From assembly GCA_965240325.2 (NCBI GenBank), contig OZ251225.1, positions 2,046,001 through 2,110,000 of the forward strand: a stretch of DNA of 64,000 nucleotides, written 5' to 3'. Below are positions 21,286 through 32,093 of the stretch, piece after piece. The number at the start of each line of letters is the position of its first letter. Position 1 is the first letter of the stretch. The stretch comes from Rebecca billardiae RCC1528 (Eukaryota > Protista > Haptophyta). Both the position numbers and the translations under genes were made by a program. Below the pieces are notes generated by a model, which was given only the letters and a program-made list of their open reading frames with translations, searched no databases and was not told the DNA's origin.

Positions 21286-23650
21286 TGAGCTCAAGCGTGT
21301 GAACCCACGTACCGCCGGGCATGGCCCATCCAGCCGGTCGCAGCGCCGCGGGTGTCGCGACGAACGCGCGGGCAATGATGCTCGCGTGCAGCGCGCTCTG
21401 CATCGAGCAGCCGAGTGAAAGCGCGCAGACGAACCAGATGCCCACGCACGGCGTGGTGTACGAGTTCGGTGACTACCAGAAGGACATCCGTTACGCAACC
21501 TCGAATGTCCTCCGCCTGCAGGGCGGCTGCGCGCGCGGTACAAACCGCGCGAGCATTGACGTGTCCGCGTGTGGCACTTGCGGTGACGACACCGCGGCGG
21601 GGGCCTGGGTGGTCCTCGTGATCGACAACGTCGAGCACGAGCTCGATGATGATGGGAATGGAGACGATCCATACCCTTCACGGCATCCGCTGAGGCCGAT
21701 GCTGCGAGCGCCCCGACCATCCTCACGAGAGGACAGCCGGACTGGGCGCGAGGTGCTGCTCGACGACGGGCAGCAGCAGGTGATACACTCAAAGGACGTG
21801 TACATCATTGATGAGCGGTCGCTGGTCGAGGGGAGGCACACTCCATTCGCGGCCAGCGATGACAGTGCCAAGCCCGAGACTGAGCTGGGAGACGCCGCTG
21901 ACGGCGAGCTCACCGGCGAGGGCGACGAGCATTTTGAGATTGAGGACGGCGCGGCCGATGACGGCGGCGCTGCTGCTCATGACGACGGTGGCGCGGCGAG
22001 CGAAGCTGCGCGATCGAGCGCCGACGGCGATGCCGCCGGAGGCGATGACGACGCACGAGCTGGTGAGTCCGCGGCGCCCGAGCTGCCGCGCGACTACGAC
22101 CCGATGCGACGAGACCGAGCGACGCGGAGCAGACCCGCCGCGCAGACAGTGCAGGCTGTGACCGAGGCAGCGTTCCAGGCCGCGGGCGAGGAACCTACCG
22201 AGGAGAACAGCTTCGAGGCATTCGCTGCGACGACGATCGCGCGGATGAATGGTGTGCCGATCACCATCCCCACGACGTGGGACGAGGCGATGAAGTCGCC
22301 CGAGGCCAAGCTTTGGATGCAGGCCTGCCACGACCACCTCGACGCGCACGGCGTGAGACACACGTTCTTCGAGGTGATTGTGCCGGACAACACGAGGACG
22401 ATTCCTGTCAAGTGGGTGTTCGACGTGAAGACGCTTCCCGATGGCGAAGTGATCAAGTTCAAGGCGCGGCTGGTAACCCAGGGGTTCCGCCAGCGCGAGG
22501 GCATCGACTTCAATGAGGTGTTCGCCCCGACGATACGACCAGAACAGCTGCGGCTGATGCTCGCGGTCGCGCTCAAGGCCAAAGGCGTTTCGATGACGGA
22601 CGCGGCGAGCGCCAAGATCGTGGAGATGCGACCCGCCGACGTGCGGCACGCATACCTGAACAGCGACCTGCCGGAGGGCGAGGAGGTGATGACACCGCTC
22701 CCGCCTGGCTACACCGCGAAGAGCTCGACGCCGCTCGGCTCGAAGGTGGTCGCGAAGTTTGTGAAGGCGCTCCCTGGCATGCGCCAGGCTGGGCGCGTGT
22801 GGTACCTACACTTGCGTAAGTGTTTGCTCGAACATGGGTTCGAGCCGTGCCCGAGCGCGCCGTGCATCTACTCGAAGGCAGTCGATGGCGGCTACGTGTT
22901 CGTCGGTCACTTTGTCGACGATCTGCTGATGATGAACATCTCGAAGGACAAGAACGCTTTGGACGCGCTGATGACGGCGTTGCTGACGCACTACGAGATG
23001 CAGGGCGCGGACTGCCTGAGCAAGTTCCTTGGCGCCGAATTTGAGACCACGGTGGACGGACTGTTTACCCACCTGAACCAGTACATCGGTGATGTGTGCG
23101 AGCGCTTCCACCTGAGTGGAGAGCGCCACCCACCGACCCCCGAGTGCAGCGAGACGCGCGAGATCCCCCGCCCGCTGCAAGCCCTCCTGCTGCGCGCTGA
23201 CCGCCAGCACTACCAGGAGATGACCGGTGCCCTCATGTACTGCATGACGACGTGTCGCCCCGACATCGCACACGCCGTGAACATGCTGGCACGCCGGATG
23301 TCCAATCCCCGGCTCTACGACTTGACCGCTGCGAAGCGCACGCTCCGATACTTGCTCGGCACGCGTCAGCGCGGCATCCTCTTCCGGCACGCGACGCACG
23401 CACAACACCCTGATTTGGTGGCGTACGCGGACTCGGACTGGGCGAACGATCGTGAAGATCGACGTTCTACGACGGGATACCTTGTTATGTACAACGGGGT
23501 CCCGATCTCGTGGCACAGCGGACTGCAGAGCGTGGTCGCGTTGTCTACGTGCGAGGCGGAGTACATCGCGCTGAGCGAGTGCTGCCGCGAGGTGATCTAC
23601 CTGCGCGACCTGGTCACGTTTTTGAACGAGCCGGTCGTGGAGCCCACGAC
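21005..23650 (+). mobile_element. RT/RNaseH-only Copia element, copy 1 (variant 5' LTR, 3'-truncated)
   Basis: The LTR-like block ends AAACATCA at 21285. The internal region is near-identical to the reverse complement of 32660-35017. Homology stops at about 23650; no 3' LTR. Confidence 0.85.
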
Positions 23651-23705
23651 GCGTCGTGGGAGCTTTTGCGTGTCCGAGTGGTTAAGGACTCGGCGCAAAG
23701 CTTAA
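21321..23705 (+). CDS. pol: Ty1/Copia reverse transcriptase plus partial RNase H, no Gag/PR/IN core
   Basis: PTTWDEAM, KWVF, FKARLVTQGFRQREGIDF, DVRHAYLNS, LPGMRQAGRVW, HFVDDLL, RPDIAHAV, YADSDWA and STCEAEY are present. The last ~18 aa are read-through into unrelated DNA. Confidence 0.9.
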   Translation: MAHPAGRSAAGVATNARAMMLACSALCIEQPSESAQTNQMPTHGVVYEFGDYQKDIRYATSNVLRLQGGCARGTNRASIDVSACGTCGDDTAAGAWVVLVIDNVEHELDDDGNGDDPYPSRHPLRPMLRAPRPSSREDSRTGREVLLDDGQQQVIHSKDVYIIDERSLVEGRHTPFAASDDSAKPETELGDAADGELTGEGDEHFEIEDGAADDGGAAAHDDGGAASEAARSSADGDAAGGDDDARAGESAAPELPRDYDPMRRDRATRSRPAAQTVQAVTEAAFQAAGEEPTEENSFEAFAATTIARMNGVPITIPTTWDEAMKSPEAKLWMQACHDHLDAHGVRHTFFEVIVPDNTRTIPVKWVFDVKTLPDGEVIKFKARLVTQGFRQREGIDFNEVFAPTIRPEQLRLMLAVALKAKGVSMTDAASAKIVEMRPADVRHAYLNSDLPEGEEVMTPLPPGYTAKSSTPLGSKVVAKFVKALPGMRQAGRVWYLHLRKCLLEHGFEPCPSAPCIYSKAVDGGYVFVGHFVDDLLMMNISKDKNALDALMTALLTHYEMQGADCLSKFLGAEFETTVDGLFTHLNQYIGDVCERFHLSGERHPPTPECSETREIPRPLQALLLRADRQHYQEMTGALMYCMTTCRPDIAHAVNMLARRMSNPRLYDLTAAKRTLRYLLGTRQRGILFRHATHAQHPDLVAYADSDWANDREDRRSTTGYLVMYNGVPISWHSGLQSVVALSTCEAEYIALSECCREVIYLRDLVTFLNEPVVEPTTRRGSFCVSEWLRTRRKA

Positions 23706-23723
23706 CAGTACATGTATATATAT

Positions 23724-23758
<35 letters not shown>

Positions 23759-23843
23759 ACGTCAAAAACCCCGTTAACTAGTAATACTCTAGACAAGGCC
23801 GGCTTACAAAATACCACTGGGGCGAAAGCGCCAGTGAGGAGCC

Positions 23844-24031
23844 CCGTCGGATGCGAGGCTCCTGAGACGGACAGCATCCGGGAGCTCGCGTATGAAAAAA
23901 AGACCGGAATGCCTTGAAAGAATACGAGATGGCTCGACAGATTATCCGCTTTCCCGGAAATTATCAAACTTCCACCACAGTGTTTTCCACTGACCGGACA
24001 CTGTCCGTCTCAGGAGCCTCGCATCCGACGG
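23844..24031. mobile_element. Small (about 190 bp) inverted-repeat insertion in the left hAT terminus
   Basis: Perfect 31-bp inverted repeats at 23844-23874 and 24001-24031 around an AT-richer core. The insertion is absent from the right terminus. Confidence 0.6.
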
Positions 24032-24679
24032 CTTGGGGAGCAAACCCTCAGGATCGGGCGATGGCGACCAATCTGACCCGCACCACGCGCGCTGCGCAGG
24101 CTGATGCGCGGCCCTCGCGGCGCGCACGCCCGCGCGCGCTGGGCGGATGGCACCGGGAGACATGGAGGATCATCCCCGTCCCTTCTCGCCTCGCACTCTC
24201 GCCTCTCTCCGCCGCGCAGGACCTGTTGCATTCCGCCCGGCCCGGCCCGGGCGGCGGCCACGCGCTCTTGAGGCTGCGCGCGTGGCCCATCCAGGGCGAG
24301 TTTCGAGGCGCTCTCGAGCTTGGCACGTCGGGGCATATACATGGGCAACTGCTGCAAGCGCGCTCGCCCGTGCGCGCGGCGAGTCGCCGGCGCTGGGCGA
24401 TCTACTGAGGGTCGTGCAGTGTCGCAACTCAGCCGTCGACAGCTGCCATCCGCGTAGGGTTGCGTGCGCGCCCACTTACGGTCACGTCGGCGCGTCGAGG
24501 TGGGCAGATTACGGGCTATAGATGCTGCTACGATCATAGTAGGCGGCGTCGATCGCGAGCGTGCGTGCGGTAGCCTGAGCTGAGGCGCCGGTCGGTGCGC
24601 CGCGGCCGCCGGCGGCGCCGGGCACGACGACCTGAGTCAGAGGCGGCCGCAGACCGGGCGAGCGTGGTCGTGCGTTCGC

Positions 24680-25503
24680 TCAGGAGCTGATGGCGGCAGT
24701 CGTCGACGGCGACGGGGCGGGCGCTTGTGCGCGAGGCTCGTCGTGGCCTGCAGCTTCGGCGAGCGTGCACTTCGTGCCGACGTGCGTGAGGATCAAAGCC
24801 TTGCTACAGGTTCGGGCGACATGCGTGCCCCACCGACGCGCCGCCGCCGCCGGCCGAAGCGAGGCGGCGGCTGCGCGCGCCTGCGCGCGCTGCTCGAGCT
24901 CATGCGCCTTGGCCGGGAAGCTCGCGCCCATGCCTTACAAGGCTGCGGCGATCGCGGCGAGCTCCGGGGGCGCTCGGCGCGCAGCGCGGGCGCAGCTTGG
25001 CCGACCATCTTGCCATGCGCGAGCAGGTGCTGCACGACGGTGAGCACGGCGTCGGCGGTCATCCATGGCACCTGCGACAGATGCTGGCGACCGGACATAT
25101 GCCTCGCCGCACGCTGAGCCTCGGCCAGCTGCCAGCGGTGCGTCTGGGTATTGAGCAGCAGGTAGTGAGTCGGCGCCGTCAGTTCAGCGGCGCCGAGGCG
25201 CACGCCTTGCAGGAGCCGGCCGTCCACAAAGCACACGCGGCTGGTGAAGTTGTGCGGGAGCCACTGCGGCGCGAAGATGGCAAAGAGTAGGCGGCCAGGC
25301 GCCTGCGCATGCCACGCGCTCGGCAGTGCGGCCTCGTTGTCCGCCGTGAGCGCGAGCGCGTACACGTCGAGGCCGCCGGCCGAGCCGATGACGACGAGCT
25401 CAGCGTCCCACTGTCCAGGGTCGCCGTCTTCGATGAGGAGGTCGATCTGGGGCAGAGATGGCAGCGCGGCGCTCGCCTGACCCTCGTCAGACTGCGCGCT
25501 CAT
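24680..25503 (-). pseudogene. Captured hypothetical gene fragment (cargo of hAT-like element)
   Basis: Protein-like segment MSAQSDEG...DLLIEDGDPGQWDAELVVIGSAGGLDVYALAL...FTSRVCFVDG, apparently frameshifted near 24960. Confidence 0.35.
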
Positions 25504-26119
25504 CCGCGCGGCAGTTTCGAGCAGCGTACCTCCCGCCGTCAGCGCCGCAGGGCAGCGGCGGCCACAACCTCGCGAGGGCCGAGGTCCAACGGACTGGCAG
25601 AGGCGGGCAGGGGTGCGCCGCGACGGGGGGGGGGGGGGGTCACGGCGCACCTCCCTCGCCCGATTCCCGAGGGTTTGCTCCCCAAGCCGACGGCTGTGTT
25701 TCGCCCCCAGTGGTATTTGTAAGCCCCTTGCTCTAGACGCGCTGTGTTCAGACCCGAGCCCCACAGGGACAAGGCCGCCAGGCCCCCGCAGTTTCTCGCT
25801 TGACCTGAGCTGTGTGCGCCTCTTATTCTTATAATAATATGATCGGCTACGCCGATCTTCGGGTAGTGAACAACGAAGTTGAGGGCGCACGGCCCTAGCA
25901 GCCGGCTTGTGACGACACGGTCGGACGGTCGGACGGTGCATGCGCCGTGCAGCCGAGTCACACTGGCGAGTCAGCCGACTGCCAAGTGCTCGGCTCAGTG
26001 TGAACGGCGACGCAGCTGAGGCAGAGCGGCGCGCAATAAGATCCGACAGCCGGGCGGCGGCGCCGGGGGTGCACGCGAGCTCGCACGCGCGTTGTGTGCG
26101 CAGCCGCGCTGCGCGCAGA

Positions 26120-26790
26120 GCAGCCACAGCGCCGCGCCCGACCACTTCGCGAGAAGGCAGAAGCCGCTCGGCGCCGCGCGCGGCGGCCGAGCAGCGGCGC
26201 CTCCGCGGCGCGCGCCGCGCCGCCGCCGCCCGCCTCAGCCAGGACCACGGCGCGCGAGCGGCTTGCGGCTTGCGGCGGCGGCGGGCTGCGGCGGCTCGGC
26301 GAGCGCGCACAGCGCTCCCTCGAGCGAGTCCATAGCCGCGCGAGCGCGCCCGCACGGCCGAGCGCCGCGGGTCGCGCGCCGCGCGCCATCGCCCACACGG
26401 CCGCGGCCGCGTGCGCCACCGTCCGCCACGAGGGCGCGGTGCAGTGGTGCGAGCCACAGCGCCGCGCCCGACCACTGCGCGAGAAGCCGCTGCGCCGCGC
26501 GCGGCGGCAGCAGCGGCGCCTCCGCAGCGCGCCACGCCGCCGCCGCCGGCGCGCCTCGCCGCGGCCGCGGCGCGCGAGCGGCCTGCGGCTTGCGGCGGCG
26601 GCGGGCAGCGGCGGCTCGGCGAGCGCGCACAGCGCTCCCTCGAGCGAGTCCATAGCCGCGCGAGCGCGCCCGCACGGCCGAGCGCCGCCGCGTACGTCGG
26701 GTCACGCGCCGCGCGCCATCGCCCACGGCGGCCCGGCGGACGCCGTCACTCACGCCGGGCGCCGCCGTCCGCCACGAGGGCGCGGTGCGG
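26120..26790. repeat. Imperfect GC-rich tandem duplication (about 300-330 bp unit)
   Basis: agccacagcgccgcgcccgaccact... and gagcgcgcacagcgctccctcgagcgagtccatagcc each occur twice. Confidence 0.7.
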
Positions 26791-27355
26791 TGGCGCACGC
26801 GGCGGGCTCGGCGGGGTCGAGCGCGCAGTGCGCAATCACCTCGAGCAGCAGCTGCGCCACCTCGTACGCGCGCAGCGTCGGCGCGTCGGCGTGCGGCGCG
26901 TGGTGAAGTGACGGTTCACGACTCGCAACTCGCGCTTATTATTATGGTTTCAGGCTGCTCACAATAATCACATCACGCGGGTGATCACTAATCACCTTTA
27001 CAATTTACAGGTGATTAACAAGCCAGTTGGAGACCACGCTGATTGGCTTTGTGAATCGGATCTCGATATCAAGAAGCCAGGCTTCTTGATTCTGTTCACC
27101 GATGAATTGTCTTATGACTACTCATGCTGAATATGGGCATGAGAATCTTGGGTTAAAACCGCAAAATTTGGATTTCCCCTTTCAAGCTGTCCAGGACACA
27201 CTCGTTTTCAGAGAGCTGTTAATCCTCGCAGATATAGAGGTACGTCGAATGCCACCCACATTAGGCCAAGAAGGCCAGGGCGCGCGGGAACGTCGATTCA
27301 AGCTACCCGCGCAATACCATATCGCGTCGCTTTGATGAATCTGAGGAGTGAACAG

Positions 27356-29279
27356 TGTTAGACTGAAGAAGAAGCGTGGGTGCTCCCTACCGCGCGTGTG
27401 GGCGATAGGTCCACCGGAAGCGACCAGGCGGGGCTAGGACCGCCCCGAAGGGGCGAGGCGGACGGTGTCACATGACGGATGAACTGGGTCGGGCAGCCCC
27501 AAACCCAGGGTTTGGGGCTCCGGACTGGCCGTGAGATAGTGTCGCCTCGTGCCTCCGCCGGTACGTACGGGTAGATGTGGAAACTTACCCGCGACTCCTG
27601 TGGAACGGTGTCACCGAGGACTGGTGCCCAGTCTGACACTCCTCCTCACCGACCACAGCGAGGTGCGGTGCCTGAGTGCGCGTGCGCGTGTGCGTAAGTG
27701 AGTGAGTGGGCGCGTAAGGCGAGCGTGCGTGTGCGTGCCCGACTGTCTAGCTGCCAAGCTGTCCGGAAGCTGCGAATCGCAGCAGCGATCGAGGGACGTC
27801 TGGATTAGACTGAAGAAGAAGCGTGGGTGCTCCCTACCGCGCGTGTGGGCGATAGGTCCACCGGAAGCGACCAGGCGGGGCTAGGACCGCCCCGAAGGGG
27901 CGGGGCGGACGGTGTCACATGACGGATAAAGGGTCGGGCAGCCCCAAACCCAGGGTTTGGGGCTCCGCGGACTGGCCGTGAGATAGTGTCGCCTCGTGCC
28001 TCCGCCGGTACGTACGGGTAGACGTGGAAACTTACCCGCGACTCCTGTGGAACGGTGTCACCGAGGACTGGTGCCCAGTCTGACACTCCTCCTCACCGAC
28101 CACAGCGAGGTGCGGTGCCTGAGTGCGCGTGCGCGTGTGCGTAAGTGAGTGAGTGGGCGAGTAAGGCGAGCGTGCGTGTGCGTGCCCGACTGTCTAGCTG
28201 CCAAGCTGTCCGGAAGCTGCGAATCGCAGCAGCGATCGAGGGGCGTCTGGAGTTGCTCGCGAATCCGTCCGAGCAGTCGTACTCCAGTGAATGGACGCCT
28301 GCCGAGCTGGCTGACCAGGCTCGGGCTCGGCTTGGGCGTCGACGGGGGCGTGGTGCCCCAGGCAGTTGATCGAGTGATCGTGTGGTCGTGCCAGCTGCTG
28401 TGGACTTACCGAGATCCACCTGCCTGCTCCTCCTCGATGGGTCGCGTCGACGGCGACGGTGCACCACCGCGTGTGGGCTGGTGCAATGGGACATGGACTG
28501 GTCTCACGCGTAGAACCTTGTGTCGGCTTCGGCCGCAGTGACGACTGACGCTGCCTCGCGACCGTGTCACGAAGAAGCTGCACATAGCGAGCGCGGAGAT
28601 GATCGAGCGGCGCGCGGTGTCGATCGACGTGATCGTATCCGCCGTCGCCTAGTGAACGCGTAGATCGCGCCTCATCTCCTCCTTGCAAGCTGCTCGGCCA
28701 TCTTGGCGGTCGAGGGCTGCATTCATGAAGTCAATCGACTTGGTGTCGAGACTCCTCCTGCATCTGAGCAGGGCGTGCGACTCGGCGCACGATGACGACG
28801 CGAATGTCGCCGGAATGAGGTACGTCAGCACCTCCTCCTTGAAGGCTGCCGCGGTTGGGCTAGCCTGCCTTGGACCATCCGACTCGGATGTGAATCGTCT
28901 CGCGAGCTCGCAACGCGCGATGCGCGCGAGCGCGTTCCTTGCGCCAGCGAGGTCGGATCCGGTAACGAGCGCGTCTCGTTGCTGACTCCGATACCATGTT
29001 AGACTGAAGAAGAAGCGTGGGTGCTCCCTACCGCGCGTGTGGGCGATAGGTCCACCGGAAGCGACCAGGCGGGGCTAGGACCGCCCCGAAGGGGCGAGGC
29101 GGACGGTGTCACATGACGGATGAACTGGGTCGGGCAGCCCCAAACCCAGGGTTTGGGGCTCCGGACTGGCCGTGAGATAGTGTCGCCTCGTGCCTCCGCC
29201 GGTACGTACGGGTAGATGTGGAAACTTACCCGCGACTCCTGTGGAACGGTGTCACCGAGGACTGGTGCCCAGTCTGACA
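27356..29279 (-). mobile_element. TRIM (miniature LTR retrotransposon) with three LTRs
   Basis: 283-bp LTRs at 27356-27638 and 28997-29279 (TGTTAGACTG...CAGTCTGACA) and a diverged internal LTR at 27805-28085. TSD AACAG at 27351-27355 and 29280-29284. On the minus strand, the PBS is TGGTATCGGAGTC (Met-tRNA type) and the PPT gaggaggag precedes both downstream LTRs. Confidence 0.92.
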
Positions 29280-30365
29280 AACAGCTATCCAGAGAATTAG
29301 TTCGATATCTCACCTTTTTTATGGTCAGTTCAACACACGAACCTTGACTATCAGAATGGTAGCTAGATGACTTCGTCCTATTTGATTCCGATTTCTTCTA
29401 TTACTTACTATCCAAGGATTAAGGAGCAGTACAAACGCAATCATGAGCAGCGAAATGGACTCAAATGCTGCGGTTTCACACCTAAATCCACCTACAAAAA
29501 TCCCCCAAATCCTGCGCGCATCCTCTTTTTTGATTTTGCGGAGCACGTGCGCCGCCCCCCCCGGCTTTCGCTCACGCTCAGACCTTTCGGGGGGGCCGTG
29601 CGCCATTATCCCATACGTCGCTTATCTCGCCTGCACCTGAGCTGTGTGCGACTGTGCGTGTCTTTTTCTTTAAGTAAACTGTAATAATACTGTACAGTCG
29701 ACGCGGCGTCGCTCACAGCGCAGCAGGCAGGTGTTTGGCGCGGCTGCACTCTCGAGGTGGCTGGGATACGACATCCAGGTGCAGCACTACCCTCCCAGTG
29801 TGCGGTGTGGTGTCAGAGCGCGCTCTCGAGCGCGTGCCTCCGAGCGCGGGGCGGCCGCTTGCTGCAATGGCCGCCTCGATGAGGTGCGGCAACGCGCCCC
29901 TCACCTGCCTGCGCCGGTCTGCTTTGTGGCGGCGTCTTTGCACACTTGGTTAAGGCGTGATTAGTCAACTGTCGTGGGGTTTTCTCCGTGGGCAGCCTGG
30001 TTGAAAATCTGCTGGCCTGTGTGCGAGACGCATGCAAGCTGTGTAAGCTGATGCGTCAAGCCAAGCCGACGAAGGGGCGCGCGCGCGTCCCTTATTGGAG
30101 GCGCGTCGACAGGCGCGTAATCGGGATGCGATCACGCCTGATCATGAATGAACCAAGTTTATAATTATATCATAAGTAGTGTGCACGTTAAACCTCCTGA
30201 GTACACTGTCGCGCGTACCAGAATGATTCGAATTCGGCGGACGTGGGTGCTGACGAAACGACGACGAGGCAATAAAGGGGCGACGTCCACGGCTCCACGC
30301 GGTAGAGTACTCGGTTACCCCAACGAAGTTGCCCCGACCCGCGCACGTGCGACCAGTCACGTGCC

Positions 30366-31211
30366 ATGTTCGCTCTGGCTGTGGCGACGGCCCTGGTCGC
30401 GTACGGCCTGGTCCCGACCGCGATCCCGAACACTCCCACCTGGGTGTACCGCTACGAACACTACCCCGACGTCTGCGACCTGAGCACCCTGCAGGTGCTG
30501 GACATCTTCCCGGGCGACGACTCAGCGTGCGTAGTACGGGACTTCGATCCCACCATCTTCAAGTTCAGCGGCTGCCCGGCGCCCGGCCCAACGGTGAATG
30601 TGTACGGCGATGCGGCTTGCACTTCTTTCCTCTTTGGGCCCTTCCCATTGGGGGAGAACTCGTGCATGACGACCAATCCGTCGAACAACGCGCACCCGCG
30701 CCGGCAGACGTGGCACTGCGCGGCTCGCGTGGCGCAAGACGCCCTTGTGGACCCGCACTCGGACTCCGGCGCGTCCACGTTCGACTCGGCGTTCGCCTAC
30801 TACAATGCGCCCGGCTGCACTGGCCCGCCGTCCGGCTACCGCCTCTTCATCGCCGATCGCTGCGTGAGTACGGCGAGCCCAGACGTGCCGAGCACTGGCA
30901 CTTCACTCAAGCTCGGCGCGGATGGCACGTACAAGACTTGGAACAATTTGGATTGCGCCGGCGCCGCGGACACTTCGCAGGCCTACAACTACCAGTGCGT
31001 CAGCACTTCTACGGGATCGATCCAAGTCATGCCCTGGACATGCCCTGATGCGCCCCAATGCGAACCCATCACTGGTAATCGTCGCCGCCTCGCCCACGAT
31101 CGCAAAGCCGTGCGGCGGGCGTGGACGTGGGCGTGGGCGTTGGATTGGCTGTTGTCGTGGGAGCCGTCGCCGCGCTTTATTTCGTGTCCAGCCGGCTGCC
31201 AGCCGAAATGA
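30366..31211 (+). CDS. Secreted cysteine-rich protein (281 aa)
   Basis: Signal-peptide-like MFALAVATALVAYGLVPTA, GC3 bias, repeated Y/W-x3-4-C modules and an RRRL motif near the C-terminus. Confidence 0.7.
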   Translation: MFALAVATALVAYGLVPTAIPNTPTWVYRYEHYPDVCDLSTLQVLDIFPGDDSACVVRDFDPTIFKFSGCPAPGPTVNVYGDAACTSFLFGPFPLGENSCMTTNPSNNAHPRRQTWHCAARVAQDALVDPHSDSGASTFDSAFAYYNAPGCTGPPSGYRLFIADRCVSTASPDVPSTGTSLKLGADGTYKTWNNLDCAGAADTSQAYNYQCVSTSTGSIQVMPWTCPDAPQCEPITGNRRRLAHDRKAVRRAWTWAWALDWLLSWEPSPRFISCPAGCQPK

Positions 31212-32093
31212 GGGGCGCTGCCTGTGCGGTCTGTGGACTGCGCGGCGGTCCAGGTTACGAGCTTACCACACACACACAGCCAACGGACGTGGCCGTGGGA
31301 ATCAACTTCAAGGGATCTCGTCTGGACAAATCGTCCGTCCATGGCCGACGACCGCGACGGCCAGTTCACATACTGTGAAGCACATCGGGTTTGCGGACGA
31401 AGACCGACATTGACATGATCGGTGGCGAGTGCGCCAATCTCATCTGAGTGAGTCATCAGACACAGTAGTCATGGCAGTGACACCCTGCCAGCCGCGACCC
31501 ATGACAGCGGCACCGCAAGGACCGTACTCCAGCTGTACGCCTGGTACTCAATGCACGTGTACCAGCATTCTTATTCATCTTGTACTCACTACACAGCCAG
31601 CAGGCGCAGCATACTCACTACCAATCAACGTCGTTACGGAGCACGTCAAGACGTCGTCTGCCTCTTCTGATACTACGTACTGTAAGCTATGAGCCTTGAA
31701 ACGACGAGCCATGCACGTGGCGTGCAGTGCGCATGGCCAACGGTGCGCCGGCACTAGTTGTACGGGTATAACTGAGATATACCGCTATTATGAGAATTGA
31801 GATGTACCGGCGGCTGTCCGCCTGCTGTCGCTAACAACTGACACTCGATCGTCGTAACGGTCGTTACGCTAAAGCAGCGGCCGGCTCACGTCCAGATCGC
31901 GCTTTAATAATGAGAAGGAATCTCGTGAACGCGGTCGATCATTTAGCTGCCGAATAAGCAAATCCCTAATATCCAAAAATAAATCAAAATTCTCGGTCTC
32001 CACCAGCCCTGTCGAAAATCGCCACCAGTCCCTTACTTCCTTTTTTCTTTGATCAAGATCTTTATGAAAAGTGGCTACAGTTTACTAAGAATA

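Larger units (their letters stand above)
23795..25730. mobile_element. Non-autonomous hAT-like element carrying cargo (Pack-hAT-like)
   Basis: 8-bp TSD CTCTAGAC at 23787-23794 and 25731-25738 (nTCTAGAn is a known hAT target preference). Imperfect inverted termini of about 80 bp (ggcttacaaaataccactggggcgaaa...ggcttggggagcaaaccctc versus 25655-25730). Confidence 0.7.
25838..29606 (-). mobile_element. Non-autonomous Helentron/Helitron2-like element, copy B (interrupted by the TRIM)
   Basis: 25838-25897 matches 13591-13649 (hairpin plus subTIR), and about 29430-29606 matches 15231-15415. The internal sequence is unrelated to copy A. Confidence 0.6.

Noticed and set aside
27356-27638. Hammerhead ribozyme (retrozyme) in the TRIM LTR, suggested by CTGAAGA
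   Set aside because: No stem II followed by GAAA and no stem III/NUH arrangement could be built by eye.
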